Source: an uncultured virus (IMG/VR IMGVR_UViG_2061766007_001638) (taxonomy: Duplodnaviria; Heunggongvirae; Uroviricota; Caudoviricetes). From it: a stretch of DNA of 61,347 nucleotides. Location: the IMG/VR virus record IMGVR_UViG_2061766007_001638; one strand, written 5' to 3'. How positions within the stretch are numbered: position 1 is the first letter of the stretch; the number at the start of each line of letters is the position of its first letter. A program made the position numbers and the translations under genes. Below, one piece after another: positions 1 to 11,453 of this stretch. The notes under the pieces are model-generated. The model made no database searches. It saw nothing but the letters and a program-made list of their open reading frames with translations, and was not told the DNA's origin.

Positions 1-1
1 G

Positions 2-535
2 TCACAGGAGCGAAGGACGGAAGTCCTGTCCGAGTTCAGGAAAAACGGAGAGAGATACGAGGACGGCGTGGGAAGACTCCTTGTCGAGAGTAAAGGGGGT
101 GATTACAGGAAATCCACGAGTTCTGAGAACATAACAAAGCACATCGACATCTGGTGGACGGACAAAAACGGAAAAAACCATCCGATTGACGTCAAGATGC
201 CGAAAAAGACGAGGCGCTACGACTCCGCACCAGACAATACGAGGACGTGGGTCGAAATCCTGAACACCGCTGGGGGTCCTGGGTGGATTGACGGAGAGGA
301 GGAGTGGATTGCGTTTGTCAGGGAGGGCGAGTTCAAGGAAGTCCTTTTCGTAAACAGGGAGAAGTTCTCGAAGTTCCTCAAGAAGAGAATAGAACGGTCC
401 CGCGTTGTGGAGTACAACACTGGAGTGGAATACGATTTGTATACGAGGGCTAAGTGGGGGAACAACGACATGTGCACGATTGTTCCATTCTCTGACATGG
501 AGCCGTTCGTGGATTTCAGAATCAAGTTCAAGTGA
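2..535 (+). CDS. Putative PD-(D/E)XK-type nuclease (5' partial)
   Basis: Frame open from window start; HIDIW...IDVK and WVE...GW motifs. Confidence 0.5.
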   Translation, partial: SQERRTEVLSEFRKNGERYEDGVGRLLVESKGGDYRKSTSSENITKHIDIWWTDKNGKNHPIDVKMPKKTRRYDSAPDNTRTWVEILNTAGGPGWIDGEEEWIAFVREGEFKEVLFVNREKFSKFLKKRIERSRVVEYNTGVEYDLYTRAKWGNNDMCTIVPFSDMEPFVDFRIKFK

Positions 536-538
536 GGA

Positions 539-907
539 ATGACAGACATGAAATCCATACTTACGATAAAGTCATACGACAAAATCCTTACAGTCGTGTA
601 CGACCACGAAACGGAGAAGTTCACTCCAGACGTGGAGCATGACGAAGATTGTCTGCGAATCATAGACAACGCAATCGTCGAGAGCCAGGTCGGGTGCTTG
701 ATGTGGCCAGACTTCGACGACCTTTCCCACGTGAAGGAATACAGAATGAACTCACTTCCAGTCAAGAACATCACCTGGTTCGAGGACAACAGAGGAAGTC
801 CGTCCGAAAAGCTGCAATTTCTCTCCTTTCTCTCCAAGGTGAGGATGGATGTCGACAATCGAGGAAACGTGGAATTCGTTAAAGACAGATACATGAGGCA
901 CAATTAA
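539..907 (+). CDS. Hypothetical protein
   Basis: ORF packed against neighbours on the same strand. Confidence 0.7.
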   Translation: MTDMKSILTIKSYDKILTVVYDHETEKFTPDVEHDEDCLRIIDNAIVESQVGCLMWPDFDDLSHVKEYRMNSLPVKNITWFEDNRGSPSEKLQFLSFLSKVRMDVDNRGNVEFVKDRYMRHN

Positions 908-938
908 CAGGATAAAAACGAAACTTTAAGGTGAAAAA

Positions 939-1404
939 ATGAGACTTTTTGATATATTCAAGAAAAAGAAGAAGATGTCTCTCAAGGAACTGTACGCTCC
1001 AGTCCTTGACGAGATGTGGGTGTGCACTTTCAACTTTTGTCCGTGGGACGAGGACAAGTACAAGGTCTTCTTCAAGAAAGTCAAGATAGTCAGGGCAGAG
1101 GCCACAAATGAAGGAATCTGGGTCAAGAGCGACGAGCCANNNNNNNNNNNNNNNNNNNNNNNNNNNNNNNNATATCGACAAGATTGATTGCAGATGGTAC
1201 TGGATTGGATTCTTCGAGACGAGGGAAGAGGCAGAGAAGGCTTACGTCGAGCTCATGGAGAAGTGGATTGGCGAGATAAGGAAAAATGTAGATGGACACA
1301 GAAATGAACCCAAGAAAGATACTCGTTGCATGCCAACACGTAGAGCCAAACGTTTTATTGGTTCCGACAAGTCTAACGTAGAAGAAAACGAGAAGAATGA
1401 CTGA
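939..1404 (+). CDS. Hypothetical protein (frame joined across N gap)
   Basis: MRLFDIFKK... continues after the N gap as ...GFFETREEAEKAY..., ending in overlap with the next gene. Confidence 0.55.
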
Positions 1405-1678
1405 CAAGCAGAAGATTCTTTGCCATGCCTACGTCACGATGGTGTTCAAACCTCTTTATTCGGACAAGTACAAGGTAGACCTCTGGGAGTCTTATGACGA
1501 AGCCAGAATCCGCGTACACAACCAGCTGTGCGAGGAATTCGGATTGAAAAAGAAGGTTATCGAGGAATTGGTCNNNNNNNNNNNNNNNNNNNNNNNNNNN
1601 NCGTATTTCGACATAACTTCGGTATCTGACAAATTCGTCGAACTTTTGGAGGAAGAACTGGAAAAGGACAAATCATGA
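1397..1678 (+). CDS. Hypothetical protein
   Basis: Overlaps both neighbours; ATGA overlap at the 3' end. Confidence 0.65.
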   Translation: MTDKQKILCHAYVTMVFKPLYSDKYKVDLWESYDEARIRVHNQLCEEFGLKKKVIEELVXXXXXXXXXXYFDITSVSDKFVELLEEELEKDKS

Positions 1679-1872
1679 TTGTGTTTTTTGTTTCATTGGG
1701 AATCTACATCTTAATCGCGTACCTCACCCTTCTTTATCTGGGATTCTCTGGTGAAAGATGCGGAGCGGACAAGCTGGACGTAATCATAGGAATTTTTTGG
1801 CCCATTGCGTTAATCCTGACGGTTTTCGACTTTTTCTATGAACTTCAGGAAAAGTACGATTTGGGAAACAGG
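1675..1872 (+). CDS. Small membrane protein (3' end masked)
   Basis: Two hydrophobic segments including ...GIFWPIAL. Confidence 0.55.
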
Positions 1873-2932
1873 NNNNNNNNNNNNNNNNNNNNNNNNNNNN
1901 NNNNNNNNNNNNNNNNNNNNNNNNNNNNNNNNNNNNNNNNNNNNNNNNNNNNNNNNNNNNNNNNNNNNNNNNNNNNNNNNNNNNNNNNNNNNNNNNNNNN
2001 NNNNNNNNNNNNNNNNNNNNNNNNNNNNNNNNNNNNNNNNNNNNNNNNNNNNNNNNNNNNNNNNNNNNNNNNNNNNNNNNNNNNNNNNNNNNNNNNNNNN
2101 NNNNNNNNNNNNNNNNNNNNNNNNNNNNNNNNNNNNNNNNNNNNNNNNNNNNNNNNNNNNNNNNNNNNNNNNNNNNNNNNNNNNNNNNNNNNNNNNNNNN
2201 NNNNNNNNNNNNNNNNNNNNNNNNNNNNNNNNNNNNNNNNNNNNNNNNNNNNNNNNNNNNNNNNNNNNNNNNNNNNNNNNNNNNNNNNNNNNNNNNNNNN
2301 NNNNNNNNNNNNNNNNNNNNNNNNNNNNNNNNNNNNNNNNNNNNNNNNNNNNNNNNNNNNNNNNNNNNNNNNNNNNNNNNNNNNNNNNNNNNNNNNNNNN
2401 NNNNNNNNNNNNNNNNNNNNNNNNNNNNNNNNNNNNNNNNNNNNNNNNNNNNNNNNNNNNNNNNNNNNNNNNNNNNNNNNNNNNNNNNNNNNNNNNNNNN
2501 NNNNNNNNNNNNNNNNNNNNNNNNNNNNNNNNNNNNNNNNNNNNNNNNNNNNNNNNNNNNNNNNNNNNNNNNNNNNNNNNNNNNNNNNNNNNNNNNNNNN
2601 NNNNNNNNNNNNNNNNNNNNNNNNNNNNNNNNNNNNNNNNNNNNNNNNNNNNNNNNNNNNNNNNNNNNNNNNNNNNNNNNNNNNNNNNNNNNNNNNNNNN
2701 NNNNNNNNNNNNNNNNNNNNNNNNNNNNNNNNNNNNNNNNNNNNNNNNNNNNNNNNNNACGAAAACTGCACGACATACGGGGAGTGCTTCGACTACCTGG
2801 AGCAGACCCTTTCCAGCCACTATCTTCTCACCGAACACGAAAGACAACAGTGCATGTAGGCCATTGGAATGCTGAAATCCGTGTTCAAGAGGTTTGGTGG
2901 GAAAAAGGAAAATCCCGTATAATATAGGTAGA

Positions 2933-3478
2933 ATGAAGATAATCTTTCTTGACATAGACGGAGTCCTTAACTGTCTCCCAGACAAGCCAAGAGACAGGTG
3001 GCCTGATTTCCACACCCATGACGAGCGTGCCTACGGATTGAATCCAGAGCTTGTCGAAAACCTCAAGTACATTCTCGACAAGACCGACGCGAAAATCGTG
3101 GTTTCATCTTCATGGCGTCACTTCGACGACTATATTCCATGGGAGAAGAACGGAGACTGGCGTGAAAAGCTGGCGAAGATGGTCGGAAGGAAAAAGGACG
3201 AGCTCTTTATCGGGAATACTCCTTCACTTCATACGCAGAAGATGGTTGACGACGGAGAGGGCGAATACACATTGAGGGGACGCGAGATAAAGAAGTGGGT
3301 GGAAGACAACATGAAAATGCTCACTTCCGAATCGAGCATAAAGATGTGCGTCGTTGACGACGAGACAATCGACATAGTCTCCGTGATTGACAGGAAATTC
3401 GTCGTGAAGACGAATAGAAGAGAAGGTCTGACGAGAAAAGATGCGGAAAAGGTCATTTCAGTCCTGAACGGAGAATGA
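2933..3478 (+). CDS. HAD-family protein, 'Swiss Army Knife RNA repair' (HAD_SAK_2)-like
   Basis: MKIIFLDIDGVLN, IVVSSSWR, RGREIK.W, VVDDE motifs; TATAAT at 2918-2923. Confidence 0.8.
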   Translation: MKIIFLDIDGVLNCLPDKPRDRWPDFHTHDERAYGLNPELVENLKYILDKTDAKIVVSSSWRHFDDYIPWEKNGDWREKLAKMVGRKKDELFIGNTPSLHTQKMVDDGEGEYTLRGREIKKWVEDNMKMLTSESSIKMCVVDDETIDIVSVIDRKFVVKTNRREGLTRKDAEKVISVLNGE

Positions 3479-3479
3479 C

Positions 3480-3701
3480 ATGATAGACGACTTGCTTGAG
3501 AAATTCGGACGCGAGAAGTTCGGGGATAGGTTCGTTCGGGGAGTGACCCCAGACAACCAGCCGTTCACGATAATAGAATACATCGGCCCAGACGGGGAGA
3601 TTTGGCACGAAGAACATTCGTTTTTCGGCCTGGAAGAAGAGTACAGGAGATGGAAGGAAGTCTCCGAGATTAGAAAAGCCGTTTTCGAGATGCTTGACTG
3701 A
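3480..3701 (+). CDS. Hypothetical protein
   Basis: ORF in operon-like packing. Confidence 0.6.
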   Translation: MIDDLLEKFGREKFGDRFVRGVTPDNQPFTIIEYIGPDGEIWHEEHSFFGLEEEYRRWKEVSEIRKAVFEMLD

Positions 3702-3702
3702 C

Positions 3703-4131
3703 ATGAAAATCGAAGATTTTCCAACTGAAATTGCCGCGATGGACAAAGCCGTCGTAGACAGGACTGGATATACGTGCGCAGTGAAAGTCGCAGAGCTGAA
3801 TCTCAGCTTCATAAGGTCCTATGTCGAGATTCTGTGCGGATGCCATTCTTGTTCTGAACTGGACCCGTTCGAGGCCGACGAGATAAGAAGGACGAACCAC
3901 AACGCGATAGCCGCCGCGTTTTCCATTCCTCGGAAACTTGTGCAAAAAGCCGCCGACACCGTAACCCCACACGAAGACGCATATACCCTCTACCACAGGA
4001 AAAGGAAATTCCTGTACGATTCCTGGAAAGATTCTTTAAACTTAAATTTTGTCGCCCAGAAGTTCATAGAGCGCATCGTCGAGCTGAGATATGAATTCTA
4101 CGTAGAGGGAAAGTGGCAGGAATTCGTAGAG
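3703..4131 (+). CDS. Hypothetical protein (3' end masked)
   Basis: ORF in operon-like packing. Confidence 0.6.
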
Positions 4132-4192
4132 ANNNNNNNNNNNNNNNNNNNNNNNNNNNNNNNNNNNNNNNNNNNNNNNNNNNNGTGAAGAA

Positions 4193-4522
4193 ATGGACTA
4201 TCTTATTGACCCGAAGAGCGGAAAGAGCTACTACTCCAAGTTCCTTGAGACGCAGGGAGGCGACGTGAACACGAGGGCAAGGAAGGCAATCGTGAAGATA
4301 GAAAACGGGAACAGGGGGCACGTAACGAGGATAAAGTTCAAGAACGAGCTTTTCTACGCCCCGCTGTACGAATACATAATCGACTACAAGCAGGGATTCA
4401 GGATATACTTCATAGAGGAAAAAGGAACAAAGACAATCATGTCCATGGGAGTGAAGAAGAACCAAAAGGACGACGTGAAGTTCTGTGTGATGAAGTATAT
4501 GGAAATAAGGAAACGTTCATGA
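4193..4522 (+). CDS. RelE/HigB-like 'addiction module killer' fold protein, no adjacent antitoxin seen
   Basis: ...KIENGNRG...LYEYIIDYKQGFRIYF...GVKKNQKDDV resembles the ELRIDxGPGYRVYF...GGDKxxQxxDI pattern. Confidence 0.55.
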   Translation: MDYLIDPKSGKSYYSKFLETQGGDVNTRARKAIVKIENGNRGHVTRIKFKNELFYAPLYEYIIDYKQGFRIYFIEEKGTKTIMSMGVKKNQKDDVKFCVMKYMEIRKRS

Positions 4523-4905
4523 GCTGGTACAGGGAAGCAGATGGAACGATTGTCGTCGAGGATGGTCAAGAACTGCTGAAAAACCATCTGAACCACGGGT
4601 TCTGGACGAGGGAGGACGGAAAGGTCATTCTTCTGGACTACGACCTTCTCTATCTCTGCGGAAAGGAACACAAGAAGAGAAGGTTTTTCGGGAGAAAGGA
4701 CAGCGAGACAGTTACATGGGAACGTCCGTACAAGAACGCAATCAAGCTCATGAAAAAGGACGTATATGACTACGGAGACTGTCCCCAAGACAAATCAAAA
4801 TGCAAGTTCTGGAACGAGTATTTCAGCATATGCGCGATTAACTCGAACTTCGACGCGAAGAAACGCGAAAAAGTTCCTTGCGTGAGAAACGACGAAAATG
4901 ACTAA
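4519..4905 (+). CDS. Hypothetical protein
   Basis: ATGA overlap with upstream gene; Cys-containing C-terminus. Confidence 0.6.
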   Translation: MSWYREADGTIVVEDGQELLKNHLNHGFWTREDGKVILLDYDLLYLCGKEHKKRRFFGRKDSETVTWERPYKNAIKLMKKDVYDYGDCPQDKSKCKFWNEYFSICAINSNFDAKKREKVPCVRNDEND

Positions 4906-5134
4906 CAAAGAGCTAATTGATAAGTTGTCAGAGCATCCAAAAGACGCAGAGGTGAATTTCTGCCTGTTCTCGAACCTCACTCCAAGAAGATGCGATGTTC
5001 AGGACTCGAACATCATGATTCTTCGCTCTCCGCATACTGGCATTGTAAACATAATGCTGAATCTTGAACAATATTGGGAAAGCGACATACGAAATTCGGT
5101 GCTGGTTGAGAATAACTTGACAAACTGCGGTTAA
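4898..5134 (+). CDS. Hypothetical protein
   Basis: MTNKELIDKL..P.DAEV, a common small phage protein start. Confidence 0.6.
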   Translation: MTNKELIDKLSEHPKDAEVNFCLFSNLTPRRCDVQDSNIMILRSPHTGIVNIMLNLEQYWESDIRNSVLVENNLTNCG

Positions 5135-5145
5135 AACGGTATAAT
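5117..5145 (+). promoter_or_regulatory. sigma70-like early promoter
   Basis: TTGACA 5117-5122, 17 nt spacer, TATAAT 5140-5145; ATG 7 nt later. Confidence 0.85.
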
Positions 5146-5152
5146 ATCAGGC

Positions 5153-6381
5153 ATGGAAAAGAAACTTGACATACAGTGGTTCATAGAGCAGCATTCCGAC
5201 TGGGAGCGTCTTCTCCAGGAGAAACCATATTGCATAACAATCCAGCGCGACAACGTGCTCGGACGGAACCTCATTCTCTTCAAGTACGACCAGATTGAGT
5301 CTGATTTCAGCCTTCGCCTCGTCCGCCAGTGTCGCGGCCTCATTTTAGACGAGGACACGCTCGAGCCAGTCTGCGTTCCGTTCTTCAAGTTCTTCAACGC
5401 TGGGGAGACGCATGCAGACGAAATCGACTGGAAAACCGCGTGGACGAGCGAGAAGATAGACGGTTCCATCATAAAAGTCGTCAAACTCGGAAACGAGCTT
5501 CTTGTTTCCACAAACGGAACTATTGATGCGTACAAGGCCCCTATACAGGACCAGATTGGATTTGTGGGACAGACGTTCGGAGGACTTTTCGAACTTGCTC
5601 TTGCAAACACCATGAACAAAGAGCAGAAAGGCAAAGCTTGCCTTGACTGGTTCATTACGCCTACACAGTGGCTTGCCTCGAAACTTGAAGAGGGATATAC
5701 CTACATGTTCGAGCTCACAAGCCCGTACAACAAAGTCGTGGTGACGTGGCATGAGCCGAAACTCTGGTTCATCGGTTGCAGGAACAACGACACGATGAAA
5801 GAGATTAGATTTTCTGACCACCCTCTTTCAAACGTCTTCGACACTCCACAGACTTTCCCGCTTACCAATTTGAAGGAAGTTCAGGAGTCAGCCGAAAAGC
5901 TCGACTGCAACCACGAGGGCTTCGTTGTGTGCGACGGGAACTTCAGGAGGAACAAGGTCAAGAGCACCACGTACGTGTCTCTCCACCACATGAAGAACAA
6001 CGGAGTCCTTTCTTTTGAACGAGGCATAGAGATTGTTCGTGGGAACGAACTTGAGGAAGTGTTGACTTATTTTCCAGAGTTCTCCGAGCACCTTCTGAAA
6101 ATCAAGGGAGATTTCGACGCGCTGCTGAAAAAACTAAACGGCGCGTGGCTTAAGTTCAACTGCGTAAAGCACATGTTCACGACCAGGAAGGAAATGGCCC
6201 TGGTAATAACGAATAAAGACTGCTTCGGAAAGCTCTCTGGGGTGGGATTCGCCCTTCTTGACGGAAAGGTTTCNNNNNNNNNNNNNNNNNNNNNNNNNNN
6301 NNNNNNNNNNCAGCGAAAAATCTAGTAAAAATCCTTGGTTACAAGGAACAAAAACAGGAAAATGAAAATGAAAATGAATAA
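5153..6381 (+). CDS. T4 Rnl1-like RNA ligase
   Basis: CRGLIL, PFFKFFN, EKIDGS, FELTSP.N, EGFVV motifs; C-terminus AKNLVKILGYKE...TAA in a shifted frame after the N gap. Confidence 0.85.
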
Positions 6382-7234
6382 GATAGCACAAATCGCGGCA
6401 TTGTTCGCCGCAACTTTAGTCGCTGGCTNNNNNNNNNNNNNNNNNNNNNNNNNNNNNNNNNNNNNNNNNNNNNNNNNNNNNNNNNNNNNNNNNNNNNNNN
6501 NNNNNNNNNNNNNNNNNNNNNNNNNNNNNNNNNNNNNNNNNNNNNNNNNNNNNNNNACCAGACGGTGGCCGTGACGACTCCCGTGTTCACCAAGGACGTG
6601 CAGTCCATGGAACTTTCCCTCATGGTGACGTTCAACATCATAAAGGAAAAGGTCATCGACCTTCACGTCAAGACTGGAAAGAACTACGTTGAAATNNNNN
6701 NNNNNNNNNNNNNNNNNNNNNNNNNNNNNNNNNNNNNNNGGAGCGGCAAAGGACGCGCTTGGAAAAATGGAAGCCGACCAGATAGTGTCGAACAGGGAGA
6801 CCGCTACGAAATGCATACACGACGCATTGAAGGAGCGTCTCGAACCATACGGAATCAACGTATCCCTCGTGAACATCGCAAACATCGACTACTCCGACGC
6901 GTTCGAGCGTGCCGTGGAGGCCAAGCAGGTTGCCATGCAGGAAGCAATAAAGGAGAAGAACAACACCCAGCGTCTAAGGGAAGTGGCTGAACAGGACGTA
7001 GTCAGGGCGGAGGCTGAGGCAAAGGCCAGGGTAGTCAACTCGGAAGCCGAGGCAAGGGCCATACTCGTGAAGGCTGAGGCCGAGGCGAAGGCAATCGAGC
7101 TGAAGAACAGGGCCCTTGCGTCGAGCCACGCCCTCATCGAATACGAGACGGTTAAGACCTGGGACGGAAAGCTTCCCGTGCAGATGCTCGGCTCGACCCC
7201 CGTTCCGTTCCTAAAGCTGGATGAGAAAAAGTAA
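6362..7234 (+). CDS. SPFH/prohibitin (band 7) membrane protein
   Basis: Hydrophobic N-terminus; TKDVQ, FERAVEAKQVA, AEAEA repeats, WDGKLP. Confidence 0.85.
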
Positions 7235-7275
7235 TGGCTTTTGTCTGTGTTGTCGCCATTTAAGGAAAAACTGAT

Positions 7276-7479
7276 ATGATGACCGAAGTAGAAGAGAAAG
7301 ATGTCTCGTGGGCAATCGGGAAAATCCTTGAGGACACCGACAACAAGGAAAACCTCAAAGTCAGGCTCAACGCCGCGTTTCGCCTGTTCCATTCGAAGGG
7401 ATACTGTCAAGGATACCGCGATGGACAATCCGACGCGGCGAAGGGCAAGGACCGCAGAGTCGTCGCACATCTTAATTGA
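7276..7479 (+). CDS. Hypothetical protein
   Basis: AAGGA SD upstream; short ORF. Confidence 0.55.
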   Translation: MMTEVEEKDVSWAIGKILEDTDNKENLKVRLNAAFRLFHSKGYCQGYRDGQSDAAKGKDRRVVAHLN

Positions 7480-7492
7480 GTATAATGTGGAA

Positions 7493-7717
7493 ATGGAATT
7501 TGAAACCATGGATGTTGAAAAAGAAATGGTCGATGCTTTGGTGATAGAAATAAACCGAACTTTGAATGAAGCCATCTACATGGCAAGCAATGGATACCGT
7601 CCGAAAATCGAGACGTGGATTGAAAAAGGTTCATCTCCGTTTCCAAACCAAGACCGAATGTGGGGGGTTTCCTGGGTCGATAAAAATGGACATGAATGTA
7701 TGGTCGAAACTTGGTGA
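7493..7717 (+). CDS. Hypothetical protein (probably leaderless)
   Basis: TATAAT 7481-7486, ATG 6 nt later. Confidence 0.55.
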   Translation: MEFETMDVEKEMVDALVIEINRTLNEAIYMASNGYRPKIETWIEKGSSPFPNQDRMWGVSWVDKNGHECMVETW

Positions 7718-7743
7718 ATACAGATTTGATGTATAATATGGAC

Positions 7744-7941
7744 ATGAAAAACAAAAACAATCTTGAATGGAATCGGAAGATTGTCGAAAAGATTTCCGTA
7801 CTTGTGGAAAAGAATCCAGATTTGACCTTGCATCAGATTCTGATGAACCACGATTTTGAAAATTACGACGAGAAGAAGTATTACGAAACTTCAGAAGAAA
7901 CTTATGTAAATTTAAATCTGTGTATGAACAGCATCATGTAA
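7744..7941 (+). CDS. Hypothetical protein (probably leaderless)
   Basis: TATAAT 7732-7737, ATG 6 nt later. Confidence 0.55.
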   Translation: MKNKNNLEWNRKIVEKISVLVEKNPDLTLHQILMNHDFENYDEKKYYETSEETYVNLNLCMNSIM

Positions 7942-7956
7942 TCCAAAAAGTATAAT

Positions 7957-8278
7957 ATGGACACGAAAAAGAAAACAAGGATAGAAAACGCGAGAATCGA
8001 AAACGTCGGCCTGTACTACGACGGGCATTTCAACAACCTGTACGTCANNNNNNNNNNNNNNNNNNNNNNNNNNNNNNTGGGGAGCGCAAATCAACATCCC
8101 CATGGAGAAAATGAAGAAGTTCGTCGGGATGTTCGGGGAGAGCATTGACCTAGAAAACGGGATTTTCGTCTACGAGCTGGAAAACGCCCCAGTTACAGTC
8201 ATGCTGAACGACTCAAACGAGGTGGTCGCGATAGGGGACATATTGGCAAACGAGGACGAAATGATGGAACTTGCCTAA
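7957..8278 (+). CDS. Hypothetical protein (joined across N gap)
   Basis: Frame after the gap reads to ...EMMELA TAA, just before a terminator. Confidence 0.55.
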
Positions 8279-8298
8279 ATACATGGGACATTTTTGAC

Positions 8299-8330
8299 AA
8301 AAGACGCCGTTGATTTGGCGTCTTTTTTGT
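8299..8330 (+). terminator. Rho-independent terminator
   Basis: AAAAGACGCC / GGCGTCTTTT stem followed by a T run. Confidence 0.8.
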
Positions 8331-8348
8331 TCCTCTTTCCATAAAACT

Positions 8349-8355
8349 GTAAATA
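8349..8355 (+). promoter_or_regulatory. GTAAATA putative late promoter (one of 13 copies)
   Basis: Motif recurs upstream of start codons; see findings. Confidence 0.7.
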
Positions 8356-8385
8356 TATCCAGATAGTTTTTAAGAAGGAATCCAG

Positions 8386-11300
8386 ATGAACGAAGTGTTT
8401 CTTGGCCGTCCGAGCCCTAAGATAGAAGAGTGGATAAAAAACCACAAGCAGAGAACGGTTTTTGTCATGTCGGACGGACAGACCGAGGAGTATTCCGTGG
8501 ATAAAATCAACGTCGAATGGCTCCAATAGAANNNNNNNNNNNNNNNNNNNNTGGCTAAAAAACTTCTCAAGAGTTGAAATTGGTTGGGAGGTTGTCGAAA
8601 TAGGGGAAGGTTCGTTCTAGAACAACACTGCACTTGAAAGCGTAATAATAAGCGGCAATGTAAGAAAAATAGGAACAGACGCTTTCAAGGGGTGTACTTC
8701 TGTAATCGACGTGGTATGCGTGGCCCATCCGAGAACCCTCCAGTGGGACGACGGAAACTGCGACGATTTCAGGCCAAACAGGGAAACGGTGTTGCATGTA
8801 AACTCGAATTTCCTAGACATGTACGTCGGAAAATTTCAGGATAAGGTAAACGTGACGTTCCAGGGGGACGGAGAGTATTCAACTGGAACTTCGGTTAAAT
8901 ACGACGAACTTGCACAGTCGTTCGAAATTCCAATCCAGGACATCGGCCTTGCACCTGGAACCTATTCCGTCGGATATGTTGGAGAAGGAAACCAGANNNN
9001 NNNNNNNNNNNNNNNNNNNAAGCGGTAATATCATGAACAGCATATACTCACTAAACAAATACAGCGTCGTCCCGAACGGGGCATAGTCAATCGGGGTGTT
9101 CGATTCCAATGGAAACCTGAAAAAGACGTTCTCGATAGGAGAATTGAAAAAACAGTCTGGAGAGATAAAGTACAGATTCGGGGTTCTCGCTGATACACAC
9201 CAGAACACGAACCAGCAGACGGAAAACGAGAACCAGACGGACCTCAGGAATGCGCTAAGCGTCCTTTCTGAAAAGGAAGGTGTCGACTTCATATGCATAG
9301 CTGGTGACATAACGAACGACGGATGCAACACTGTTCAACAGATATCTAGCTTTGCGAATGCGATTTCTGCGTCGAACGTAGCTCCGACATACGCAGTCGC
9401 TGGAAACCACGACTGCACGAACAACGGATTCAACAATTTATCATTTGACAACTGGAAGAAGAACACAATAGATTTCATTAAAGGTTCGTACAAGGGAGTT
9501 GATACACCTACAATAACATATTCAGATTCAAAACTTGCATTCTACTTCAAGAAAAACATTCCAGGCACGGAAAACTCAGATTTCTTCATATTCCTAGGAA
9601 TGAATATCTGGAACTTTTCTGGAAACATATTCCTGGACAGCGACATAAATTTCGTTTCGAATATCCTGAAGGGAGAAGCTGCAGATGCAAGGTGCTTCAT
9701 ATTCTTGCACCCGTTCTTCAAGAACAAGGCTGGAGACCTACATGACCTCTATTACAGGAACAATATACTTGGAGGGAATCAAGGCCAGAAGCTGATGAAT
9801 CTCTATTAGACCCATCCGAATACACTATGGTTCAGCGGACACTCGCATTGGAAGCAGTATCTTTCGTTCTAGCCACCTTTAGAGGCAAGTTATGCTGGAA
9901 TATACTCAAACGTCTACAGGGACGAAAATAGGTTAAGCTGCGGATGGACTGTGCATGTCGCTTCGTGTGCATATCCAAGAGACGCACATTATGATGAAAA
10001 CCAACATAAATGGGTAAGCGACGCCGAGCAGGATTGGACAAGCAAGGCCTCCGAAGGAATGGTCGTGGACGTATACGACGACAAAGTGGTCATAAGGGGA
10101 ATCAGTTTCAAGGACGCTTGGGGAGACGGAACTGGAGACCAAGGATACATTACAAGATACTAGCCATGCGGAACGTATGGGCTTTCGGCCCAGTCTGGAA
10201 GTCCAATTCCAATCCCAGATGGTTCTTACACTACAATCAAATTTGTGGATGGAACCAGTTATAAAATCCTCCATAAATAGGACCAGATATCTTTTGATAT
10301 TGGACTTTTAGAGTTAGAAGGAATAACCGACGGATGGACTTATAAACCACGTGAAATAGAATTNNNNNNNNNNNNNNNNAGGTGACTATGTCTGTCAATA
10401 GTGCTATAATTTGACTTCGATATCTATTCCACATGGAGTAATTACTATTTAGTATGGTGCTTTTGCCTATACTGGTCTAACTACGGTGGAAATACCAGAA
10501 TCTATCGTGTATATATGCGGTTCGGCTTTTTCATATTGTGATAATTTAGAGGAAGTCCAACTGAGATGTGGAATACACTCAATTGAAGGAAACGTATTCT
10601 ACAACTGTACTAATTTACGTANNNNNNNNNNTACCACTGGGGTCTCGGAGTCGACGACTATGGAACCCACACCGTGGTCGTGTACTGCGCTGACGGACCG
10701 TTCGTCGTGAACGGAGGGGAAGACAGCAGCGGAAGCGAAAGCGGAAGCGAGGACGTTTCCGAAGATTTTACCTTTGTGGAATACTACGATGGTAATACTT
10801 GGTCTGGGTTGATAGATGGAGAATTGTCGTATGTATCTATACCGAATATATCTTGGGCAAAAAATATCGTCATTGGAAATTTGGTAACTTCGATTTATTA
10901 TGACACGTTTTATGGTTGCTATGAGTTGAGAGAAATTACACTTCCTTATAACATAAATCCCGATAGTATAGACAATAACGCGTTCTACAACTGTCCAAAC
11001 CTTAATGTAGTGAACGCACCTGGAATGTACACGTATGACTTCGAAAACTATAATTACGNNNNNNNNNNAGATGAAAGCTTAACCTACGTTGAGTATTATG
11101 GTGGGGGTTCATGGAGTGAGTATTTAGATGGATATGTTTATGGTTGGACGGACATATATGATTTATCGAATGCCGTAAAAATTAAACTCGGCGATGAAAT
11201 AGCCTTTATTTCTTAGTTTGACAATTCCCCTAACCTAACTGAAATCACCCTTCCAGAATCCCTTGGAGCACTTGGTATAGACAATAACGCGTTCTACAAC

Positions 11301-11453
11301 TGTCCAAACCTTACTGCAGTGAACGCACCTGGAATGTACACGTATGACTTCGAAAACTATAATTACGCTGGCGACTGGGGTCTCGGAGTCGACGACTATG
11401 GAACCCACACCGTGGTCGTGTACTGCGCTGACGGACCGTTCGTCGTGAACTGA
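8386..11453 (+). CDS. Large BspA-type LRR / calcineurin-like metallophosphoesterase fusion (TAG read as sense)
   Basis: In-frame TAGs at 8527, 8618, 9084, 9807, 9870, 10161, 10278, 10399, 10450, 11214; DTH, AGD, GNHD, HP, FSGHSH motifs flanked by IGxxAFxxC repeats; ends TGA. Continuity across N gaps is inferred. Confidence 0.75.

Noticed and set aside
6311..6325. RNA ligase ending at TAG 6323
   Set aside because: The frame after the N gap is unreliable; another frame gives a plausible C-terminus ending TAA at 6381.
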